A stretch of DNA of 64,000 nt. It comes from Toensbergia leucococca (Eukaryota). The position numbers and the translations under genes are program-made. The stretch is from contig JALDZS010000112.1 of the NCBI GenBank assembly GCA_022813965.1, positions 1 through 64,000 on the forward strand, read 5' to 3'. How positions within the stretch are numbered: the first letter of the stretch is position 1; each line of letters starts with the position of its first letter. Below, in pieces: positions 51,107 to 62,530 of this stretch. The notes beneath the pieces were generated by a model, which saw only the letters and a program-made list of their open reading frames with translations, was not told the origin of the DNA and ran no database searches.

Positions 51107-51392
51107 GTGGGACAATTAACGGCTTGGAACTTTTTCCACCTTGTCCTACGTTGCTGCACCTAGGTGAGGAGTTTTTTCCGGATGAATTTATGGTGGAGTA
51201 GAGAGACGAGTATGGTGGAAAATGAAAGGCGACAAAATTCGCCAGATGGATCCGTATGTGGGTAATAATCTTGATACGAGCAGCGAAAGAACACCTGTGC
51301 ACCAAAGTCGTCAACACCCTAGCATTTCTAGAAGTCCGCTAGAACTGGCCTAGTACAAAGTTTAATCTCCCTACCTAGCCCTACCTACCTAT

Positions 51393-51470
51393 CTCACGGT
51401 GACAACTAAGAGCCGGGATTTTTAGGCGACCCTTCACCTAGAATTCCCGGCTTTTAGTTGTAACCGCGAG
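51393..51470. mobile_element. 78-bp palindromic (hairpin) element with 9-bp flanking direct repeat; candidate minimal MITE
   Basis: Two 37-nt arms are complementary at 31/37 positions around a 4-nt loop (CCCT). CCTACCTAT flanks both sides (51384-51392 and 51471-51479). Confidence 0.65.
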
Positions 51471-52237
51471 CCTACCTATGCTTCCGAGGTACTCTCGATT
51501 CGAGTACGAGTATTTTTCAGGTAAAGGGTAAAGACTCGCCGTACAAGACAACACAACGCAATAATAAAGAGAAACACAAGATCATCTCCGTCATAGGGAG
51601 CAGTACTTCAAGCGTCCTCAAAGGCTTCTCATATGGTATATCATTGTCCCGCATATTGCTCTCTTACGCTCCGATCTCTTAGCTATCACAAATAGCTACG
51701 TAATGCAGTCATCCAAGCCATCGTTTCGCCATCTACCCTCCGTCCATGCACGCCATACCTTGAATTCTTACCTGCAGCGAGCTCCAACGACCTTTGTATC
51801 GATAGACCAGTCGCGAGCACACAGCTGCTTACACCAGTTTTGCTGTTTCCCTTCGCACGCGCATGATACCAAAGTCCTGGGGCCAAGGCGATATGGACCA
51901 ATCCAGCACCTTCCGTCTCCAATCCAACCGAGCTTGGAGAGTAAAGAACCTTCATTGCTTCGAGTCGGGCCTCTTCAAGTCCCGCGCCTTCGGTCTGGAG
52001 GCTAGATTCGCGATATTGTAGATTGTATCACGCTCATTGATGATGATGGCGCAGAGAGCAATCGCCTTGTTTGCAGCAAAGTAGAGACTGAATTTAGGGT
52101 CGACTACTGGACAAAATTAGATCCAGTTGCGGTTCCTCGACGATTCTCTATCGATTCCCCTATCGAGTTTCGCAGCCTGGCAGGCATCGCCTTTCCGTTC
52201 CAATTAAATAGCCTCTCCATTTCTCTGTTTTATGTCT

Positions 52238-52588
52238 CTACTCTTCGATAAAATCCAAAGCTCCAAAAAACTCCAACATCCGAGCACATAACCCAAATTC
52301 GTCCCCTTCTTCATTCTCTCCACCAAAAATTCTTCTTTGCTCCGAATCTAATTTCGCCCGTTCCTCTTGCTGTCTATTTTCTCGGGCCTGCCATGCGACC
52401 CAGCGATTTTGCCAGTGACGAGCAGTGAGATCATGGCGGCGAAAATTAGAACGCCGCAGTGGCGCCGAGAGCCCAGGATCGGTCGGCCCGGTCAAAGACG
52501 ATGACGAGAGATCGAAGCTGTCAGGGCGAAGACAGGGATCAGACATTTTATTGCCACCTCGTGTTCGACGGCGATTGTGGCGGCTCAT
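52238..52588 (-). CDS. Small hypothetical protein (116 aa), basic N-terminus and coiled C-terminal half
   Basis: MSRHNRRRTRGG..ARHWQNRWVAWQARE..EQRRIFGGE..LCARMLEFFGALDF looks protein-like. A TATA element lies at ~52691 on the appropriate side. Confidence 0.6.
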   Translation of the reverse strand: MSRHNRRRTRGGNKMSDPCLRPDSFDLSSSSLTGPTDPGLSAPLRRSNFRRHDLTARHWQNRWVAWQARENRQQEERAKLDSEQRRIFGGENEEGDEFGLCARMLEFFGALDFIEE

Positions 52589-52704
52589 ATTGGATAAAGC
52601 TTGAAGCTGAAGGTGCGGTAAGCTTGTAAAGAGCGTGAGATCAACTTGGTCAGTAATATAGAAAACCCAAAAAAGTCGAGACATAGTCATTATATATATC
52701 GACG

Positions 52705-52865
52705 ATGTGTCATCAGAGCCCTTATGAGTCGCACTAATGCCAATCGCGATGACTCATGTATATTCACCAGTCTCATGCCAGAAAGTCCGTCGCTTCGATC
52801 GATCATGTGTCTGTGAGTCACGTGTGGCGAAACGTACGACTCGTACGAGTAAACATGTGACTCAT
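52705..52865. promoter_or_regulatory. Cluster of TGASTCA (Gcn4/CpcA/AP-1 type bZIP) sites
   Basis: Exact sites ATGACTCAT at 52749-52757, TGAGTCA at 52814-52820 and TGACTCA at 52858-52864, plus near-matches ATGTGTCAT (52705) and ATGAGTCG (52724). Confidence 0.6.
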
Positions 52866-53234
52866 CCAGGCTTCGCGATTCTCATGCCCAAGCCAAAGAT
52901 TCCATTTATTCTTGAGCGATGTTCAATGTGCGAGCACGGATGCAGAGTACCCTTAGTAAGACAACGCAAGTGTAATTCCACGTCATGTTCAGACAGCTGC
53001 ATTTTCAAAAATTGGGACTTGGATAACTTTCGGTTGCACCATTCCTGTCTGGTTTTGTAATGCCCTAGCATGAGGTGATTCATTTGCGACAGCTCCTCGT
53101 CAATGATGAGAATGATTCAACGCATGAGAGTTAGTAAGCTCCTTTCAGCGCAAGGCCTCTATTGTCACTCCATGTCAAAGAGAAGACTTTATGATTCATG
53201 TGACATGAAAAAACTGGTACCTTCCACGAGTCAC

Positions 53235-54872
53235 TCAATCATCGCCGTCTGAGCTCAGGAGTATTACGCTCTTCTCGGCTTCGACTCCCTGCATTACATC
53301 AAAACTTTCCTCACTACCGTGAGGACTCGAGGTCTTGACAGGTATACTTCCCGTCCAATCAATACCACCACTTCTTGCCTCTTCTGACCTAATCTTCCTC
53401 TCCTCTAATGCTAATGTCGACTTCCCTTCCTCGTCAGGAAGTAGAAAACGCCGGTGCCAATCGCCTACGAACATTCCTTCCGGATCGACTTCATTTCGTA
53501 GACGTACCCATGCGTCCATCTCGGGATACATGTCGTGAAGCTTCTCCTTCGTCACGTTGCTAAAATTCTTTGCCCAGTGCGGTCGGCCGCCCATTTGTGT
53601 CATGAGCCATTCGAAAGCCTCATAGTAGCGTTCTCGACACGGCGGATCGCAGTTGAATGGTCGGTAGAGAGTAGCGTTCAAATAAAGCGTTGGCCCATCA
53701 GGTATAGTGTTGTCGAGATATGGACGAGGTGTTGTACTTGAAGTATCTGTAACGCGCACTTCGATCGGAGCATGAACGTACAAGCCTTTTGGATCAAAGG
53801 GAATGCGTGCAGCTTCTGCATCACCATGCAGCCAAGCTGATAGACGAGTGATTGCTTCTGGCCCTTTCGCGAGAGGGATTGCCCATTCATTGACAAATTG
53901 CGAATACAAACAGTTCATGAGGAGACCTTTTCGTCCCTCTTCTACCCCAGTACTATCTTGCGCACCCACAAATCCGTACTGAACGCCGATGACAAATCTC
54001 TCGATGGCTGGGAGAAGCTTGGGAAACCACTGGGCGATATAGAGCAAGACATGGTACGAATGGAATCCTACGGACCCTCCCCACCAACTGGGGCTAGGGG
54101 AGTGGCGAGGTTGATCAGTCTTTTCCGCACTCCATTTGACGGCGCGCTTCATATAAGGCATCCACCACACGCGGGTAAACTCCTTTTGCGTCCACAATCC
54201 AAGCTCCCAATCTGCTAGTATTGCTTCCATCGAATGTAGACTCTGGTGCCATTGAATATCGAAAGTAGGGACGGCCTGAAAAGTCACTTCTGTAATTATG
54301 CCCAGACCACCCAGGCTCACGAGGGCTCCACGGAAAAGATGATTATTTTGCTCCGCAGAGCAAGAAACCGTTCGCCCATTTGCAAGCATTATTTTCAAGC
54401 TCCGAACGGATTGAGAGAGTATACCATGTCTTGTGGAGCTCCCATGAGTTGCGGTACTTATTGCGCCGGCGATAGACTGTTGGTCGATGCTGCCCAGATT
54501 TGGCATGGCCAGGCCACATTCCTTTAGCTTCAGGCCTAAATCATGAAGACGGATGCCGGATTGCATGACCACAATGCCAGTATTTCTGTTCATGTCTATT
54601 ATTTGGGCATAATGATCCAAGTTCAGCAACCATGAGGATGTGCAGGTAAGGTCAGAGGGAGAGTGAGCGGAGCCAACAGTAAGCAGTCTCCGGCGGCATC
54701 TTCGGGCAAGGTTTATGACTTTTTGGATCTCATCTGATGATTGTGGCTGTATGTAGAGCTCGGGGCGAGAGTGAAAGGTCTTAGCCCAGGTGTGATGGTG
54801 ATAGGAAGTTGAGGCGCGGAATGGGACTGTAGGGTCGACCCGGGATAGCTCTCTCTCTATATTTGGATCCAT
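53235..54872 (-). CDS. ALO1: D-arabinono-1,4-lactone oxidase
   Basis: HHTWAKTF, VGSAHSPSDLTC (covalent FAD His), GAISTATHGS, VHAPIEVR and GGRPHWAKNF. Intronless 545-aa ORF. Confidence 0.93.
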   Translation of the reverse strand: MDPNIERELSRVDPTVPFRASTSYHHHTWAKTFHSRPELYIQPQSSDEIQKVINLARRCRRRLLTVGSAHSPSDLTCTSSWLLNLDHYAQIIDMNRNTGIVVMQSGIRLHDLGLKLKECGLAMPNLGSIDQQSIAGAISTATHGSSTRHGILSQSVRSLKIMLANGRTVSCSAEQNNHLFRGALVSLGGLGIITEVTFQAVPTFDIQWHQSLHSMEAILADWELGLWTQKEFTRVWWMPYMKRAVKWSAEKTDQPRHSPSPSWWGGSVGFHSYHVLLYIAQWFPKLLPAIERFVIGVQYGFVGAQDSTGVEEGRKGLLMNCLYSQFVNEWAIPLAKGPEAITRLSAWLHGDAEAARIPFDPKGLYVHAPIEVRVTDTSSTTPRPYLDNTIPDGPTLYLNATLYRPFNCDPPCRERYYEAFEWLMTQMGGRPHWAKNFSNVTKEKLHDMYPEMDAWVRLRNEVDPEGMFVGDWHRRFLLPDEEGKSTLALEERKIRSEEARSGGIDWTGSIPVKTSSPHGSEESFDVMQGVEAEKSVILLSSDGDD

Positions 54873-55788
54873 TGTGGAAGTAGATAATCTGAGGCACCGT
54901 CTAGGTGCGATTAGCTACGTGAAAGTCGTAGCACTTCTGTATTGAAGAGAGGAGTCGATGTCCTTGTACTAGCCCATTCTGGGTTCACATGACGTGGCGA
55001 GTTTGGACATAAATGGAATTTCAAACCATAGGAGTCTTTCCTTGTTCCTAAACATCGGACGAGCTTCGATAACGAAAAACATATTTTCTGACCTTACTGG
55101 TGGAAAAGCCGCTCAACAAAAGCAGCTCTCCAGGACTTCTATTGCCTTTGATTACAGCTCTGGTCTAGGGGCACAAAGAGATATTCTAAGAATACCGAGG
55201 TATGCGGATACTTTAGGGAGTGGCACTCGTGGGCCTGGGAAACGTTTGTCCCCCGGAGTAGAATACACCATGAGCTTCCCAGGACCTACTATTGGAAATC
55301 AAAGCACGTTGGTGTTGCAACGCCTTGTCCCTCTGGACGTGAAGCCTAGTGTTCTTCTCGACTTCACATTGTTTTCTAAGTCTTTTTTTAAAAATGAATT
55401 ACGTTGCTCTTTTTCACTTGAGTACATTCCATGACTTCAGGGAGGAACGAAAAAATCACTCTCCTTTCACTATTGTTCTTCTTAAGTATGAATGCTTCAG
55501 CCGTCGTACTTTCCCCGTGATTCTTTCGTGTTCGTCAATATATATACCTACAGACTCTCCGTTCTCTTCTTTATCAATATCAAATGTACTCAAAATTACT
55601 GAACAAGAATTCTAATACAAATCTAAGCTCAAAAATAACACACACAGTCTTTGCACTCCACCAAGCATCCCCACCAAACCTGTGCCTCAACTTCATAGGA
55701 CTTTATTTCTCGTTCTTCCATACCTCCGATCGAAACCTCATAATACTGCGCAGCGCCCCCTACTAGGCGCCTCCTCCAGCCTTTGACG

Positions 55789-56019
55789 ATGTGCGGACAC
55801 ACCCGAGAGAACTACCCCTGCTGCGGCAAACAAAACAAATTGCATTGGGTGAAGTGCGATAAAAAGCCGGCCGACAAGAAACCGGGACAGTGCCCATACA
55901 GAAACGATAACCCAACTCCAACAGAGTGCAAGCAGAAATGTGATGATTGCGGAGAGAAGAACCCATCGAAAATTGGTGGGCTCTTACAAAAGATTGCTGG
56001 GGCTCTGATTCAAAAATGA
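55789..56019 (+). CDS. 76-aa Cys-rich microprotein, copy 1
   Basis: MCGHTRENYPCCGKQ..W..C..C..CKQKCDDC..IGGLL. Paralogous to 56447-56677, with a TATA element upstream. Confidence 0.7.
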   Translation: MCGHTRENYPCCGKQNKLHWVKCDKKPADKKPGQCPYRNDNPTPTECKQKCDDCGEKNPSKIGGLLQKIAGALIQK

Positions 56020-56446
56020 GGGAATTTGTTGTAGGGAGATGTGCTGGAGTTGGAATTTGATACGTGCTTTGGTGCATTCGAGGATTAGCATGCTTACTGC
56101 GGTCATACTGGATTTTTCTCAGCGAGAGCGATTCGATAATTTCACATCTAAAGACAATAATTGTTGCATGCTTTACTTACAGTCTGCTCTTTGTTTCCCA
56201 AGTTCTTATTGTTCATCACGAAAGGAAGGCAAAGCTAGTCATTGTGTTCCATTCGTTTCGGAACAAAGAGCAACTATCTGTATTCACCACAAGAATGCCT
56301 ATTATAAATGTACACAGACTGCACTCCATCTTTACTATCTTGCTCACGCGAGCTCAACATTCCAGTCTCAAAAGACCCCAAGCTCAAGAGATATCCAGGC
56401 CACACTCGAACCATGCATCAAACTTTTCAACCCCAGAAATCCGAAC

Positions 56447-56677
56447 ATGTGCGAACGCGTCACCGAGCTCTACGCTTGCGGGCATCAAAAGAGAGCCTAC
56501 TGGGACAAATCGGGATGTCAGGAACGACGCAATAGGGGAACGGGAAGGCCATCTTGCACTCATAATGAGAACGGGCGTACATGTTACCTCCAAATCAAGT
56601 GCGATGAGTGTAAGGAGAAGGCGAAACCAGGCTTGGGCGGACTTTTGAAGGAGCGCATACGCAGCATGATATCATGA
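56447..56677 (+). CDS. 76-aa Cys-rich microprotein, copy 2 (MC-x6-Y-x-CGH type)
   Basis: MCERVTELYACGHQ..W..C..C..KCDEC..LGGLL. Same length and Cys pattern as copy 1, with TATAAA at 56303. Confidence 0.72.
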   Translation: MCERVTELYACGHQKRAYWDKSGCQERRNRGTGRPSCTHNENGRTCYLQIKCDECKEKAKPGLGGLLKERIRSMIS

Positions 56678-56794
56678 AGAGAAGCATGTGCTGCTTTGCT
56701 AAGGCCTTTTCACGTATCTTCTACTGCGAGCACACCCTGTCCAAGAAATTGTCCAAGTTCATCTTTTATTTGGCTGCACAAGTAAAGTAATGTG

Positions 56795-58575
56795 CTATAT
56801 AAAGCTGCAATCAATACCGTGGTTACATTCTGCTCCTTTACGAATGATCTCTAGCATGTCTTTCCCTTTTGGTGCCGTTGTCAAATTTTCGTACCCGCTG
56901 GCTGTAATCAAGATATCGTCTTCAATCCTGACTCCTCCAACGTGCATATATCTATCCAAGACCTCCTTGTCAATTAGTTCTACGAATTTTGGATCAGGCA
57001 GATACATGTGCTCCAGAGTATACTTGGAGAAGTATATTCCCGGCTCGACTGTGAGCACCATGTTCTCCTCGAGGAGGGGAGCGTCGAGTGTGCACGGTGC
57101 TCTGAGGCCGTCACCTTGAGCCAGAGTTAAATGAGCTTGTGAGTCGACCAATCTTGGCATATCATGCTGTGCACCGGGGAAAAGCATAAAATTCGAATCC
57201 TGGATTGAGTTCTGGCTGCTCTTGGCAAGCTGAGAAGCAGAGGCTCTCGATGTAAAGCCAAGATTTCTTGCGCCGAAGCTCCCGGAACCGGCGTTCCCAA
57301 GTGCTTGGCTACCGTCGCCGTCTGCTTTCTTCCTCAAGCCAAGTATTTGTTTTTTACTCACATCATGTACCTCTAGCCCCATATGGTGACCTAGTCCATG
57401 GGGGAAAAATGCCTTACTTGCCCCTTTCTCCATTATCGAGTCAACGTCTCCTCTCTTGAAGATACCTATTCGCATGAGTCCTTTCACGGCGATACGGTGT
57501 GCAAGAACATGTAGATCCAGATATCTTACACCAGGCCCTAATTCGCTAATACAACGTTCTTGCATCTCTTCGACGATGGCATATACCTCTGCCGTCTGCT
57601 TACTTGCCCATCCCTTGCTACTAGTTGGGAATGTTCTAGTAATATCGCTTGAATAACATCTCCATTGACAGCCTGCGTCCATGCAAACTAATCCCCTGCC
57701 CTGCAATGGCTCATCATTTTTGACATAATGCAGAGTGGAGGCATTTGTACCTGATGCCACAATAGGTGTGTAGCCCTGGTACTTGGCGCCATGAGCAATA
57801 CAAATGTCGAGAAAAAGGGCATGGATTTGAGCTTCGGATCTGAGTGAGTTGATTTGGTGAAGGATGGTACGGTGAGCTATGGACGAGAGGTTCACTGCAT
57901 GGCGAATGAGTGAGATTTCGTGGGGAGATTTGATGGCGCGAGATGTGTCAAGGGCAATCAGCAATGATTCGATGTCAAAGTCAGGCCGAGGTGATACTGG
58001 TGGAAGAGAGTGGGGCGTCTGATCTGGGTGCAGAGCATAGACTTGAACTTGACGGTTGGCGATAAGCCACTGATAGATATCATTGTTCAGAGAGGTTGTG
58101 AGACAGACTGTGTCTACATCGTATCTGTTCTCGAGAGTCAAACCCAGTCGTTGACTCTTTGATAGATAGGGCTACTGACTTGTCTTCAGCCTCATGCACG
58201 GTTGATCCACGGCCAAACCATATTACTCTCTGCGGGCTAATCGGTGGGATGTACAGCGAAAGGTGATCCCGTTCGATGTCGTATGTGAGATAGCAATCAG
58301 GCTCATCGACACCGCTAAGGTAGTAGAAATAACGTCTTTGACGGAAGGGATAAGTCTGGTCTGAATCCTCCATGTAGACCGTGTGCTGGCCGGGAAGATA
58401 CATTAAGCCTTTACTCACGCCCAGATAGCCGGCAACGGCCCGAGCGTGTTGTTTGGCTGGCTCATGATCAAAATATAGAATACAATGGAGCTCATAGTCA
58501 TGACATACCAGGATATTTATCCATATTGGAGCCACAGATCGTGATCCTATGATTGCAATACGGGAGTGAGGCCAT
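56795..58575 (-). CDS. Xaa-Pro aminopeptidase / prolidase (peptidase M24B), 3 exons
   Basis: [22 protein letters not shown], and metal-ligand motifs [34 protein letters not shown] and GGVRIEDD. Confidence 0.92.
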
Positions 58576-59440
58576 ATTGATACTGATATAAGCACGAACG
58601 AGGTGAGAATTTGTGTGGATGGTTGTATTCAACGATCAATCAAGCTGGGATACAATGTTGGAGAATGGGAACGACGGGAAGTCGAGGTATGGAATTACCA
58701 AATACCTATGAGAAATCAGGGTCGAGAAGTGGCTTTGTCTTGACTACCAAAAACTTCACAGCTACATCACCTTGACCTTGTCTAGGAGCACTCGTACAAT
58801 TATCACGGTGTGTATTTAGGGATTAGGAACTTCATCTATTTACCTACTTAGGCTAAGCCGCTCCAACGTCGCTCTGCCGAGGAGTCTTAGCTACCGCAAG
58901 AACAATGGAAAGTGCAGGAAAGTGCTTGAGGTGAAGACCTTCCTACGATTTGAAAGTCTAGGGCATGACATACTCCGCTTTGAAAAAGGCTAGGATACAT
59001 TGTGTCGGGCATACATGACTTCGAATATTACCGCATTACCAAGCAAAACAAATAGAAACGTCCGCCAATATGCCAGACTAACCCGGAAGAGTGACTATCG
59101 ATCGAATCATGTTGTGCTGATGCAGGTGCTGGGTGTGCTATATTCACAGATGGCGTGGCTGTCGTAAAAGGGGTATAGGGCTTTGGGCGGGATGGGGGGT
59201 TTCTGGAAGCTGGTGCTGTGCTCAGTGTCGCTATATTGCGCGTGCAACGGGAGACCGCCGACCCGAAGCCATTGGCTTTCTCGGACCGGCTAGGGTGCTT
59301 TGAAGTCCAGTAGCTAGGATATTGCTACATCCGTGGCGTCTGGGTGTCGGTTTCGGACCATCTACCGACGTTGTGCCTGCTCTTGGGTTTTTTGCAGTGA
59401 GATAGCTGTATCGCTGAGAACACAAGAGATCGAGGCCGCA

Positions 59441-62400
59441 TCAAGACATCTGAGCCCCTGATACAGTGGCTGTTTGACGTCGCACTTGCTCCCGAGCCCA
59501 TCGAGCGGTTTCAAGCGTCCTAAATTGGAATTCGCGGTTCGAGCGAGTATCCTTGATCAACTGAGTAGTCCAATCAGAGCGGAAGTAATCGCTATATTCT
59601 CCGCGCGGAAATGTATCTGCCAGGTCGCTGTATGCGGATCAGCCGGATATCCTGTTTACAGATCAACGCAGCCAGGGTAATTCTTACCCAATGACGCCCA
59701 TCGAGGACCGCAGAAGCGCTTCGCTTCGATTTTGATCTTGCGCAACAGTATTTAATAACTTGAAAATTGACTCCACGTACGTAGTCAACAGTTGGGCTAA
59801 GGGACGTCAGCAGCGTTCAGTAAAGAGCTTGTGCGCCATACGTTTGCTTTGTTTTAATGCTAGAATAATGCCTCCCCAGGCATCCATAATACCTTCCCGT
59901 AAAGAAATGATGTATTCAAGCATATCGTAAGCGCCATCAGCGTTGATTGTGACCGTCGCTGCTTGTTGCAGTACTTGGACTACTACGGACAAGTAAGTCT
60001 CGAAATGCGGACCTATTGCTTGGGCGATGTCTCCAAAGCACTGTAATATGGCTGGCTTGAATTGATTGCTGAGCGAAGTACTCTGCAAAGAGTCAGCGAT
60101 TAAATCATACTCCACGAAACAGAAGACTTACTCTTAAATTGCTGAGCAGATAGTTCATAAAGGAATCACAATATGGTTGAGATTTCTCTCCTAGTGATCG
60201 CGTGATATCGCTGACAAGCCCTATTGCCATGGCGCAGAGACCTGGTTCATCCTGGTTTCCTAGTGCATTGTACAGGAAATGTACGAAAGCTTCCATGTAT
60301 TTGACGAAGTCTTCTTCTAGTGCATTGGATAGTGCACCCACGGCAGCAAATACAGTGTCCGGAACGCTTGATTTCGGACCTACGGAGTTCAGAATTTGTA
60401 AAAGCACATGCATGATACGATCCGCTTGAGGCCGAATCTCTCCTTCTAGACGCTGAATGATGGCCTAGGCAATTTTAGGAACACGACTCGCACCAAAGAG
60501 AAGGAAGTCTGAATCGTCTTACCAAAAGAACACTAGTAAGACTAGTCTGGATCTCTTCGAGAGTGATTCGGTCCTCCACACTAACAATTTGATGCTGCAT
60601 GGGAATGGTGTTCTCAAGACGTTGCAGAACGACATCAGAGAGTTCTGCTACAATGTGTAGGCTATCATTGGCAGCATTGGTGACGAAAGCATTTAGCACT
60701 TCATATGCAGCCATTCGAAGCTGATTGTCAGCTTCGGCACTAACAACGAGTTAGCATGAATCTCAAAACTTCTGATCATAGACGACAATCAAATTGCTCA
60801 AGGTACCTTTCCGTGACACCCAGAAGGTGAGTAACACTGTCCTGAAAATGGGCAGACAGAGGATTTTGTTGACATCCTGGCTCGCCTGCAAACCTATCGG
60901 CCAGGTTCATGAGAGCCCAGCAGCAAGAACCTGCCATCTTTGGGTTACTTGACAGGCCGGCAAACAAAGCAGCGATTAGTGGAGGTAGGTGTACTTGTGG
61001 GTCGATGGAGTCTGAAACGTTCTCACAGATCCGGCCCAAGGCGTAGGCAGCAGAATCCTTGACTTGGACCACACTATCGTCCATCATGCCAATTAGTACA
61101 GGTAAAGCTTGCTTGATGATAGGATCAAGCGTCTTCTCTTCTGGGCCTTCCATGATAGCGCCAAATGCGGAGACTGCAGCATCTCGGTAATGCCAGTCAG
61201 CATGTCGAAGATTTTGCTCTACGAAACCTAGCACAATCTGAATGAGGTCGCTACCCACTGATTGAGCGTAAAGCTGCAAACACTGGTATGCTGCTCTCGA
61301 AATATTATAATCCTCGTCGCCGGCGTCTTCGTCTTGTTGGGTTAAGAGTTGAAGTATCACAGGAACCACTTCGCGTGCTGCCACCCGAGAGAAATTAAAA
61401 AGAGGTCTCATCTCTGAAGATCCTTCCGATCGCGCCTGCAGATATGATTAGAATAGAGATGAAGCCAGAATATTAATTGTCACTTACAATGTGGTTATCA
61501 TCCTCAATCGCAATCTCTTCTTCGCAGACTGTACACCAAAATTCGATTGCGAGTTTCGCAACATCTTCCTCTTCGCTTTTCATGCCCATAACCGTAAGGC
61601 CAAAGAGTGCCTTCTCCATGTAGAATCTCATCTTATCATAGTATAGGCCCATGATCCTATTCAAGCAGCCGTAAGAGCCTGCCTCAATGCGGCTATCTCC
61701 AGACTGCGTGGCTTCGCAAATGACTTGCATGATGTAGTTTCGTTCTCCCTCATTATCAAAATTGGTGCGCACAAATTCCAAGGAGTCCCCTAGGGCAATA
61801 ATAGCTGCATTTCGTACGTCCATATTGGCCTCTTCTTTTCGTGCTCCTTGGACCACAGCTGTAAGGATTGCATTCGAGTGCTGCGAAAGGCTGTCTCGTA
61901 GTTCGGTATCTTCGGTTTCACAGATAAAGCCTAATGTTGCAAGAGAAGCCTGTTTGAGGTGATCTGCACCTTCGCCAACATTTGCTACAAGGACTGTCAT
62001 CAATTCCGACCACTCATTCCTTGGGATTTCAATGGCTGCTATTGATGCAATGAATTGCGCGGCAGATTGTCCAGCCCTCGCGTCCTTTGAAGCAAGCGTC
62101 TTCAGAGCTAGATCCTTAACAGACTTTTTGACTTGAGGATCAACTCTCCGAATCCACTTGTCTTGGGCCTCTCTTAGGCGGGCATACTCTCGGGCCGAGA
62201 AGGCATTCTTCAAAACAATACCCGCCGCTGTTCGGATATGGGGTAGAGCCTGATCGTTCGCGAGCTCTTGAGCCAGCGTAGTGAGGTAAGTAGACTACGT
62301 GTTTTGATCAGTTCCTACTGCCTCTATAGACTCCACTGGCAAAACTGAGAGGACTCACAAAATCGAGCTCAGCGGCTTGGGAAAGCTGGTGCTCGGCATT

Positions 62401-62530
62401 CTGGCGCGTTGAAGCATCTGAGGCAGCAAATTTTAGCTCTAGAGCAGGTTCGAAGATCTGAAGATGTAGGGACTTCTAGTAGATACGTACCTGGAGAGAG
62501 TGTGCCCTCAAGCACCTGGTTCACGTCCAT
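59441..62530 (-). CDS. KAP95: Importin beta-1 (karyopherin beta), multi-exon
   Basis: MDVNQVLEGTLSP, AAGIVLKNAF, ERNYIMQVICEATQ, AIEFWCTVCEEE, WHYRDAAVSAFGAIMEGP and C-terminal TARWAREQV. Confidence 0.95.

Noticed and set aside
51703..52005. 100-aa ORF between SEC63 and the small hypothetical gene
   Set aside because: No recognisable domain or supporting splice structure. It may be UTR or non-coding, though it cannot be excluded without RNA data.
54994..55434. 146-aa ORF upstream of the microproteins
   Set aside because: It starts at GTG, has no recognisable motif and lies in the divergent promoter region of ALO1.
56039..56446. N-terminal 136 aa of ORF 56039-56677
   Set aside because: The extension runs through the TATA and promoter region. 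Paralogy with copy 1 places the true start at ATG 56447.
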